A stretch of DNA of 64,000 nt from Alphaproteobacteria bacterium (GTDB lineage: Bacteria; Pseudomonadota; Alphaproteobacteria; Micavibrionales; UBA2020): the NCBI GenBank assembly GCA_030682495.1, contig JAUXOC010000039.1, forward strand, positions 9,604-73,603, written 5' to 3'. Under the pieces are notes generated by a model. It searched no databases. It saw only the letters and a list, made by a program, of their open reading frames with translations, and was not told the DNA's origin. Every line of letters begins with the position of its first letter. Positions within the stretch are counted from its first letter, which is position 1. Below, in pieces: positions 57,333-64,000 of this stretch. Position numbers and translations under genes: made by a program.

Positions 57333-57761
57333 ATGATTCAGGAATTCAAAAAGTTTATTATGCGCGGCAATGTCATTGACCTGGCGGTTGGTGTGATTAT
57401 CGGTGCTGCCTTCGGCAAGATCGTGTCCTCGCTGGTCGATGACATTATTATGCCGCCGCTGGGCCTGATTGTCGGCAAAGTGGATTTCAGCAATTTCTTC
57501 ATTCCGCTGTCTTTCACGGATCAGGAATTCAATACAATTGCCGAAGCCAAAGCCGCCGGCGTGACAACATGGAATGTCGGTATGTTCGGAAATGCGATGT
57601 TCAGTTTCCTGCTGGTGGCCTTTGCGATTTTCTTCTTTATCGTCAAGCCGATCAACAAACTCAAACAAAAAGAAGAAGATAACGCAGCCAAGACGCCGCC
57701 CGCACCGCCCAAAAGCGAGGTTCTGCTGGCCGAAATCCGCGATCTGCTGAAAAACAAGTAA
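57333..57761 (+). CDS. mscL: Large-conductance mechanosensitive channel
   Basis: 142 aa. '[42 protein letters not shown]' is near-canonical MscL. GGAGA SD upstream. Confidence 0.94.
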   Translation: MIQEFKKFIMRGNVIDLAVGVIIGAAFGKIVSSLVDDIIMPPLGLIVGKVDFSNFFIPLSFTDQEFNTIAEAKAAGVTTWNVGMFGNAMFSFLLVAFAIFFFIVKPINKLKQKEEDNAAKTPPAPPKSEVLLAEIRDLLKNK

Positions 57762-57784
57762 AAGACATATCTGTTTCGTATGAA

Positions 57785-57820
57785 AGGCCGCCGGTTGACT
57801 CATGCCGGCGGCCTCTTTAT
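57785..57820 (+). terminator. Hairpin terminator after mscL
   Basis: Stem aggccgccgg (57785-57794), 10-nt loop, stem ccggcggcct (57805-57814), then 'ctttat' as a weak U-tract. Confidence 0.5.
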
Positions 57821-57851
57821 ATCTGAGGTATATTCATAAACAGGATCGGTC

Positions 57852-58514
57852 ATGACAGAGACCCTGCAAGATACGCTTGATAGAGCGCTTATCAAAGCTG
57901 CCGCTCAAGGAAAGGCGGAGCAGCTTTCATCTTTGTTGCAGCAGCGCGCCAATCCCAATGCGGGGGCGGGGGTATCGCCTGCGTTGTTCGCGGCGGCCGC
58001 CGGAAACCATGCCGCCTGTATCCGTCTTTTGCTCGCTGCGGGTGCCAAGGTTGATGTGACCAATAGCAAAGGCTCAACCCCGCTGATGGTGGCGGCCTTT
58101 AACGCAAATCTCAAGGCCATGCGTGTGCTGCTGGATGCGGGTGCCGACCGCAGCTTGAAAAACCGCGATGGCGCCGATGCGCTGACTTTCGCAAAGGCGC
58201 GTGAATCGTCCGAGGCCGTCGCGCTTTTAAACGAAGATGCGGATGAAATTATCCAGCGCAGCCGTCTTGGCGACCGCATGCTGGAAGAAATTTTCAATTT
58301 CCGGACGCTGGAGCGGATTTCGCTGGTGCGTAAAGGCGCAGGTCAGCCGATCGAGGCGCTCTACCGCGAGAGCTTTACGCAGATTGAAAATCTGCCCGCG
58401 CTGCGCGACGCGTTCCAGAAACACCGCCTGCGCGGCGGCAAGCGCACGGTGGAAGACGTCTTCCCACACCGCATCGACAAGCAAAAAGCCGGCCTGCGCC
58501 GTAAACCGGAATAA
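57852..58514 (+). CDS. Ankyrin-repeat protein
   Basis: 220 aa with 3-4 ANK repeats ('ALIKAAAQGKAEQLSSLLQQRANPN', 'ALFAAAAGNHAACIRLLLAAGAKVD', 'GSTPLMVAAFNANLKAMRVLLDAGADR', 'GADALTFA'). The C-terminal 90 aa are unrecognised. Confidence 0.75.
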   Translation: MTETLQDTLDRALIKAAAQGKAEQLSSLLQQRANPNAGAGVSPALFAAAAGNHAACIRLLLAAGAKVDVTNSKGSTPLMVAAFNANLKAMRVLLDAGADRSLKNRDGADALTFAKARESSEAVALLNEDADEIIQRSRLGDRMLEEIFNFRTLERISLVRKGAGQPIEALYRESFTQIENLPALRDAFQKHRLRGGKRTVEDVFPHRIDKQKAGLRRKPE

Positions 58515-58554
58515 ATTTCTGCAGCTGCTTACGAGATGTGTCTATTTCTCTTTT

Positions 58555-58695
58555 TGTCATACCGGCGCAGGCCGGTGTCTAGCCCAAGGCCGAAAGGCCT
58601 TGATGTATAAAGAGGCTACACGTTTTATGTCTTGCGCTTCGCGCACTGGATACCGGCAGCATGCCCCGCATGCAAAGCATGCTGCCGGTATGACA
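58555..58695. repeat. About 141-bp nested-palindrome element bounded by perfect 12-bp inverted repeats (MITE/REP-like)
   Basis: Terminal inverted repeats tgtcataccggc (58555-58566) and gccggtatgaca (58684-58695). Internal hairpins accggc/gccggt (58561-58576), aaggcc/ggcctt (58586-58601) and a 15-bp perfect stem ataccggcagcatgc/gcatgctgccggtat (58650-58691). Confidence 0.45.
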
Positions 58696-58729
58696 GGGTA
58701 CGTGCGTTAAGAGGATATCGCCGAAGTTT

Positions 58730-60091
58730 TTAGGCTGCGGCCAGATCGCCTTCAAGGTCGTATTCGTCCGATGCGGTGATCTTCACGCGTACGATGTCGC
58801 CCGGCTTCATGCCATCGCCACTGACGCGCACGATACCGTCGATTTCAGGCGCATCGGCGCTGCTGCGGCCGGTTGCGCCGCCTTTACCGGTTTCGTCGAT
58901 AATCACATCCAGCGTGCGTCCGACCTTTTTGGCAAGGCGTGCGGCGCTGATGCCCTGCTGCAGGGCCATAAATCTGTGCCAGCGTTCTTCCTGCACTTCG
59001 GGCGGCACGGCGCCTTGAAGCTCGTTTGCTTTCGCGCCTTGTACGGGTTCGTATTTAAAGCAGCCGACACGGTCAAGCTGTGCTTCCTGCATCCATTGCA
59101 ACAGAAATTCAAAATCCTCTTCCGTCTCGCCGGGGAAGCCGACGATGAAGGTGGAGCGGATGGCAAGGTCGGGGCATGTCTTGCGCCAGTCGTGGATACG
59201 GTCCAGCGTCTTTTCCTGATGCGCAGGACGGCGCATGTTTTTCAGCACCGCGGGCGATGCATGCTGGAAGGGGATATCGATATAGGGAAGAATTTTTCCC
59301 TCGTTCATCAACGGGAAAACCTCGTCTACATGCGGATAGGGATAGACGTAGTGCAAACGTGTCCAAATGCCCATCTCCCCCAATTCGCGGCAGAGATCGA
59401 TGAATTTCGTACGTACCGTACGATTTTTATAGGGATAGGCCTGATAACGGTTGTCGATGCCATAGGCTGACGTATCTTGCGAAATGACCAGCAGTTCCTT
59501 GACGCCGGCTTTGACCAGACGCTCCGCTTCCGCCAGCACCTGAATAATCGGGCGCGATACCAGATCACCACGTAAAGACGGAATAATGCAGAAAGAACAG
59601 CGGTTGTTGCAGCCTTCGGATATTTTCAGATAGGCGTAATGGCGGGGCGTCAGTTTAATCCCCTGCGGCGGGACCAGATCGACATAGGGGTCATGCGGCG
59701 GCGGCGCGACTTTGTGCACGGCGCTGACGACTTCTTCGTATTGCTGCGGGCCGGTGACGGCCAGAACCTTCGGGTATTCTTTGGTAATCTGCTCCGGCTC
59801 CGCGCCCATGCAGCCGGTGACGATGACTTTGCCGTTGGCGTCCATCGCTTCGCCGATGGCTTCCAGCGATTCTTTTTTCGCGCTGTCGAGGAAGCCGCAG
59901 GTGTTCACGATCACCACATTGGCATCTTCATAGTTAGGCGACAGTTGATAGCCTTCGCTGCGCAGCTGCGTCAGGATGCGTTCGGTATCCACCAGTGCCT
60001 TGGGACAGCCGAGGCTGACCACGCCGACGGTGGGGGCTTCCTCGTTCTTGGTGTTTTTCTTTTTGGCGGGTTTGTTTTGTGCGGCGGTCAT
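58730..60091 (-). CDS. rimO: Ribosomal protein S12 methylthiotransferase RimO
   Basis: 453 aa. UPF0004 domain '[16 protein letters not shown]', radical-SAM '[15 protein letters not shown]', C-terminal TRAM domain. Confidence 0.93.
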   Translation of the reverse strand: MTAAQNKPAKKKNTKNEEAPTVGVVSLGCPKALVDTERILTQLRSEGYQLSPNYEDANVVIVNTCGFLDSAKKESLEAIGEAMDANGKVIVTGCMGAEPEQITKEYPKVLAVTGPQQYEEVVSAVHKVAPPPHDPYVDLVPPQGIKLTPRHYAYLKISEGCNNRCSFCIIPSLRGDLVSRPIIQVLAEAERLVKAGVKELLVISQDTSAYGIDNRYQAYPYKNRTVRTKFIDLCRELGEMGIWTRLHYVYPYPHVDEVFPLMNEGKILPYIDIPFQHASPAVLKNMRRPAHQEKTLDRIHDWRKTCPDLAIRSTFIVGFPGETEEDFEFLLQWMQEAQLDRVGCFKYEPVQGAKANELQGAVPPEVQEERWHRFMALQQGISAARLAKKVGRTLDVIIDETGKGGATGRSSADAPEIDGIVRVSGDGMKPGDIVRVKITASDEYDLEGDLAAA

Positions 60092-60211
60092 GAATTCCCT
60101 CGGTTTTGCGCCTGCTTATATATCAAAGCCTATAAGTTATGTAAAGATTTTGTTGAAAGTCTTTGAAAAAAGGGCGTGTATTCTATACATAATGTCTCGC
60201 AAGGAGCCATC

Positions 60212-61252
60212 ATGCAGGTCAAAAACCGGCAAAAACAAGACATCGCCAATCCGCAGAATGATCCGGCCATCGCCGCGGTCATGGACCGTTATGCCGTGTC
60301 GTTGACCGATACCGTGCTGGCGGCGATGGATCCGCAAAATCCGCAAGACCCCGTGGCGCGGCAATATCTTCCAGCCGCAGCGGAGCTTGTGAACACCCCC
60401 GAAGAACTCGACGATCCCATCGGCGACGAGGCGCATAGCCCCGTAAAAGGCATCGTGCACCGCTACCCCGATCGCGTGCTGCTCAAGCCCGTACATGTTT
60501 GTGCGGTCTATTGCCGTTTTTGCTTCCGCCGTGAAAAGGTCGGGCCGGGCAGCGAAGCTTTGAGCGCCGAAGAGCTTGCCACCGCGCTGGATTATATCCG
60601 AAACGCGCCCAATGTCTGGGAAGTGATCCTGACCGGCGGCGACCCGTTCGTGCTCTCGCCGCGGCGGCTGGCGGAAATCATGGCGGCTCTAAACGCTATT
60701 CCGCATGTCGAGGTCATTCGTTTCCATACCCGCGTGCCGATCGCGGCGCCCGATCGCGTGACGGCGGAGATGATTGCTGCGCTGGCATCGGACAAGGCGG
60801 TTTATGTCGTGGTGCATGCCAACCACGCGCAAGAGCTGACGGCTGCTGTAAAGGAATGCCTGCGCCGCTTTGTCGCGGCGGGCATGCCGCTGCTCTCGCA
60901 ATCGACCCTGCTGCGCGGTGTGAATGACAATCCGCAGGCGCTGGAAAATCTCTTCCGCGCGCTCACGGCTATCAAGGTCAAGCCTTATTACCTGCATCAC
61001 CCTGACCTTGCGCCCGGCACCTCGCATTTCCGCCTGCCCATCGCCGAAGGGCAGGCTTTGCTGCGCAGTTTGCAGGGGCGCGTGTCCGGTATCGCACTGC
61101 CGCGCTATATGCTGGATATTCCAGGTGGCCATGGCAAAGTGCCGGTAGAGCCGCGCTGGATCGAACCTGCCGTAGACGGCAATGGCTATAAGCTGCGCGA
61201 TTACCGCGGCGGCACACATACATACGAAATCAAAAAGCCCAAAGACGTTTAA
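60212..61252 (+). CDS. epmB: KamA-family radical SAM enzyme (lysine 2,3-aminomutase / EF-P beta-lysylation EpmB-like)
   Basis: 346 aa from ATG 60212 (AAGGAG SD). 'HRYPDRVLLKPVHVCAVYCRFCFRRE' (CxxxCxxC), 'VILTGGDP' and 'GHGKVP' are present. Confidence 0.85.
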   Translation: MQVKNRQKQDIANPQNDPAIAAVMDRYAVSLTDTVLAAMDPQNPQDPVARQYLPAAAELVNTPEELDDPIGDEAHSPVKGIVHRYPDRVLLKPVHVCAVYCRFCFRREKVGPGSEALSAEELATALDYIRNAPNVWEVILTGGDPFVLSPRRLAEIMAALNAIPHVEVIRFHTRVPIAAPDRVTAEMIAALASDKAVYVVVHANHAQELTAAVKECLRRFVAAGMPLLSQSTLLRGVNDNPQALENLFRALTAIKVKPYYLHHPDLAPGTSHFRLPIAEGQALLRSLQGRVSGIALPRYMLDIPGGHGKVPVEPRWIEPAVDGNGYKLRDYRGGTHTYEIKKPKDV

Positions 61253-61779
61253 TAACGGCGATTGTCGTTGGCGGGGCAGGGGTTGCGCCGTACGTTGAGC
61301 GGGTAGGCGGTAATAACCTCGCTTTTGTCACCATTCAAAATAATCCGCATGCGGATATCGTCCACCATCACATCTGCGGCGTAATAGCCGTTATCCTGTA
61401 GTTTCCACGGAATATTATCGTTGGCAGCTGCGCGCTCCACGGTGCCGATGATTTTTTCCGCGCTCCAGCCTGCCGGAAATTCGGATTTACAGGGTTTGCC
61501 CGCGCCGTGCAAATGTCCACCGCCGCTTTGGTCGCCATATAGAATATGCGTGCGGCGCAATCCGCTGATGACCGGCGCTTGACGTGCGGCCTCTTCATGG
61601 CCGCTACCCGTTTGTTCCTGCCCGTATTCGGGGACAAGCAAACGCGTCAGCCCCATCGGGTCTTTCTGGTCAAGGCGGGACAACTGGCTGACCGATAGCG
61701 GGCCGAGCAGCACAACCGCGATCAGGGCAATAATAATACGGCGGAAAGATGAACGGCGACGGCGGCGGGTGCGGACCAT
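61249..61779 (-). CDS. Membrane-anchored or secreted EndoU-like ribonuclease-domain protein
   Basis: 176 aa from ATG 61777-61779 with a GGAGAG SD. N-terminus 'MVRTRRRRRSSFRRIIIALIAVVLLGPLS' is a basic stretch plus a TM helix. 'RRTHILYGDQSGGGHLHGAGKPCKSEFPAGWSAEKIIGTV' matches the remembered bacterial EndoU toxin-domain signature (H...GGGH...K-[ST]-x-FP..W). Confidence 0.6.
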   Translation of the reverse strand: MVRTRRRRRSSFRRIIIALIAVVLLGPLSVSQLSRLDQKDPMGLTRLLVPEYGQEQTGSGHEEAARQAPVISGLRRTHILYGDQSGGGHLHGAGKPCKSEFPAGWSAEKIIGTVERAAANDNIPWKLQDNGYYAADVMVDDIRMRIILNGDKSEVITAYPLNVRRNPCPANDNRRY

Positions 61780-61819
61780 AAAACTCTCCAAAAATCTCTT
61801 CTGGGGCAACAGGGAAATT

Positions 61820-62800
61820 CTACACCGCAGCAGCAGGCGGCGGCAAGCGCCCTTCCATCGCCGCCATCGCCGCCGTCAGCGTCGGGGTGGCAAGCCGGAG
61901 AGCCTGCTGCGGCGGGGCGGTGTCATCTAGAGACAGCAGAATATCATAAGTTTCCGCAGCGGCCAGTGCACCCAGCCATGCAGGGGCGGCGCCAAAGAGG
62001 GTTTCTGCGTGGTTTTTAATATCCGTCAAAGTGGCTGCGTAAAAGAGCACGCGGTTGGCCTGCCGTGCCAGCGCTTCGCCCGATGCTTTCTGACCGCGCG
62101 CGATGGTGGCAAAATCACCTGCCCGCAACTGTGCGGCTGTCCAGCCGTTTATGTTGCGGCTAAAATCATGGATCAGCGTTTGCGTATAATCGGCGACGTG
62201 GCAGGTATGATAAGCCGCGGCCAGCTCAGCTGCCAGTTTGCTGCGTGCCGCGCTGTCGCCGCCGCAAATGCCCACGCGCTTTAAAAAAAAAGGGCGCACA
62301 ACAGGGTTCAAATGATTCCAATGCGTCCATGGGTCAGCGCGCAGTGCCGTGCCGGAAATCTGCACCGATCCGCGCGCCGTGTCGACAGGAATAAAGCGGA
62401 TACCCATCGCCCAGGCGACCTGATACCCATAGCTCTCCGAGGCGAAAAGCGCATCAAAATCATCGCGCGGGCAATGTTTACGCAGCGTATCGCGCCAGGC
62501 GTGGTAAAATTCGATATCATGCGGGTCTTTGGGCTCTTGCGGGATGTCGTGATCGTGATGCACGACGGTGCAGTCCGGATAAAGCTCTTTGATCCATTCA
62601 TAACGCAAATGTCCGGGGATCGGCTCGTTATCCAACGTCAGGACAACAATCGTCAGCCGTTTGCAGGACCGGCGTGCGAAGTCGATCATATACAAATGCC
62701 CGTTTGTCGGCGGCATAAATTTGCCAAAGACGAGCCCGTGCTCGGCCAGTGGCGCATCGATGCCATGCGTGATCTCTGTGGTGATTTCGATCCGGCTCAT
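61820..62800 (-). CDS. NadR-like NMN adenylyltransferase with a C-terminal RNK-homologous domain whose Walker A is degenerate
   Basis: 326 aa. 'GLVFGKFMPPTNGHLYMIDFA' (HxGH-type) and 'ISGTALR' (ISxTxxR) are nucleotidyltransferase motifs. 'VRPFFLKRVGICGGDSAARSKLAAELA' aligns to the NadR kinase P-loop but reads GGDSAARS instead of GxxxxGK[ST]. Confidence 0.72.
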   Translation of the reverse strand: MSRIEITTEITHGIDAPLAEHGLVFGKFMPPTNGHLYMIDFARRSCKRLTIVVLTLDNEPIPGHLRYEWIKELYPDCTVVHHDHDIPQEPKDPHDIEFYHAWRDTLRKHCPRDDFDALFASESYGYQVAWAMGIRFIPVDTARGSVQISGTALRADPWTHWNHLNPVVRPFFLKRVGICGGDSAARSKLAAELAAAYHTCHVADYTQTLIHDFSRNINGWTAAQLRAGDFATIARGQKASGEALARQANRVLFYAATLTDIKNHAETLFGAAPAWLGALAAAETYDILLSLDDTAPPQQALRLATPTLTAAMAAMEGRLPPPAAAV

Positions 62801-64000
62801 GCGGCTTTGGTTTCCTTGTTTTGCGCGTTCAGGCGATCAATTGCAGCGCAGGCGGCCAAGAACTTCTGATCCCATGTGCCGGATAGTTTCTGGTAGGGGA
62901 GGGTTTCATCGTGCAGCGTCTTTTCGCAAACGGCCAGAAAATCAGCGCGGTTGTCGGGTAGATAGCGGTGGATATCATCCACCCACGGCGTATCGATATC
63001 CATGAGCAGATAAAGATCGTAATGCCCGCCGCGCGCGAGCGCATCAATCCATGCCGGACAGCCGTCAAACAGCCAGCGGCTCCAGATCGTCGTCGTCAAA
63101 AGATCGGTATCGCAAATCAGCAGCCCGCGCGCGGCGGCCTCTGTTTCGGCCATAGATTCGGCGCGGCGCTGCCCTGCGGCAATCTGCGGAATATCGGCAA
63201 GTGTGAGCGCGCCGTCTTTTTTTTCGATATGCGCCTTGGCATATTCTTCGCATAGCGGGGCGGCAAAATGCGCGGCCAGCTTTGCCGCCAATGTTGATTT
63301 ACCTGTCGATTCCGGTCCGAACAGGCAGATTTTCAGCGGAGTGCGAACACCGCTGAAAATATTGCGCATATATAAATCCATCAGCGCGTCATCCGGTGCG
63401 GGGCAAATGATATCCGCGGGCAAAAGATACTTATCTGCCTCTACCGTATCAAAAATAACATCGGTCGCCTGAAACAAATCCATGATGCGGTGGCGCGCAT
63501 ATTGGTCTGGCGGCAAAGTGCGGCACAGCCCCAGTGCGGCGGCGCTTTCGGCCGTATCCATCGGACGGCTTTGCAGCATGTCCTGCCAATCTTCGGAATC
63601 GATGCGGACGATGTTCTGTCCGGCGCGCGCCATGGCAGAGACAAACCCGCCAAGCGACAAAGGCGTCTTTGCGGCGATGTGGTAAATACCGGCGGGCGCT
63701 GTGTTTGCCAGATGCAGCATAGCGCGCGCGGCATAATCAACCGGTGTGATATCGACATGCAGCCTGTCGTCAAATCCGTCCGGCAAGACGCCCAGTGCGG
63801 CAAGCCCGCGTCCGAACATAGAAAGAAAATCACGATCCGGCGCCGCGCCGCTTTGCGTATCGCCGGTCAGCAGGCCAAAACGATAATGCCAGATGCGGCA
63901 GGCGTTTTCGGGCACTTGCAAAAGCAGGCATTCTGCGGCGAATTTGGTCTGTGCATAACCGCCATAGACGCGGCGGACATTTTCAAGCCTGTCAGATTCA
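62797..64000 (-). CDS. Fusion of a thioester-reductase-type SDR domain (N-terminus outside the window) and an intact NadR-type ribosylnicotinamide-kinase-like P-loop domain
   Basis: The frame stays open to base 64000. Upstream of the listed TTG it reads '..RVYGGYAQTKFAAECLLL' (SDR YxxxK). The C-terminal domain has 'KICLFGPESTGKSTLAAKLA' (Walker A), 'LLICDTD' (Walker B) and 'TPWVDD'. An ATGA overlap links it to the next gene. Confidence 0.65.
   Translation of the reverse strand, partial: ESDRLENVRRVYGGYAQTKFAAECLLLQVPENACRIWHYRFGLLTGDTQSGAAPDRDFLSMFGRGLAALGVLPDGFDDRLHVDITPVDYAARAMLHLANTAPAGIYHIAAKTPLSLGGFVSAMARAGQNIVRIDSEDWQDMLQSRPMDTAESAAALGLCRTLPPDQYARHRIMDLFQATDVIFDTVEADKYLLPADIICPAPDDALMDLYMRNIFSGVRTPLKICLFGPESTGKSTLAAKLAAHFAAPLCEEYAKAHIEKKDGALTLADIPQIAAGQRRAESMAETEAAARGLLICDTDLLTTTIWSRWLFDGCPAWIDALARGGHYDLYLLMDIDTPWVDDIHRYLPDNRADFLAVCEKTLHDETLPYQKLSGTWDQKFLAACAAIDRLNAQNKETKAA

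Overview
The window looks like a chromosomal segment from a GC-rich alphaproteobacterium. This is inferred from synteny only: lptG-lptF divergent from pepA...holC, zapE-DUF2336 upstream of mdh-sucCDAB...lpdA, and ECF sigma modules. No taxon can be named, and GC content was judged by eye, not computed.

Most of the window is core envelope and metabolism:
- ettA, mlaA/mlaC-like, lptFG, pepA, an LplT-Aas triple fusion and holC
- an MepM-like M23 peptidase, fabI, aroC and sppA
- a lytic transglycosylase, an acyl-CoA dehydrogenase and zapE
- the TCA block mdh-sucC-sucD-sucA-sucB-lpdA
- a complete five-enzyme histidine-utilisation set (hutU, hutH, hutG, hutI, hutF)
- an ECF sigma / anti-sigma / periplasmic sensor module, then mscL, rimO and epmB

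I found no rRNA, tRNA, CRISPR array, transposase, integrase or prophage genes.

The accessory or unexplained spots are:
1. At the right edge, a minus-strand operon encodes three proteins. The first is a thioester-reductase-type SDR fused to an intact NadR-type kinase domain. The second is a NadR-like NMN adenylyltransferase whose own kinase P-loop has decayed. The third is a membrane-anchored EndoU-like RNase.
2. A ~2.9 kb island splits sucAB from lpdA. It carries a secreted lipase-like hydrolase, a DUF433/DUF5615 toxin-antitoxin-like pair, a 330-aa orphan with a CoiA-like zinc ribbon, and an orphan 12-bp-stem hairpin.
3. A ~1167-aa orphan protein sits near an ankyrin-repeat protein, and a HExxH orphan lies further upstream.
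4. An orphan Rap1a/Tai4-like periplasmic protein has no T6SS nearby.
5. A strong orphan intrinsic terminator suggests an sRNA between aroC and sppA.
6. A ~141-bp nested-palindrome (MITE-like) element lies between the ankyrin gene and rimO.
7. Two micro-duplications each copy the 3' end of a minus-strand gene.

Functional calls rest on motifs read from the translations and on remembered family signatures. No database search was run.
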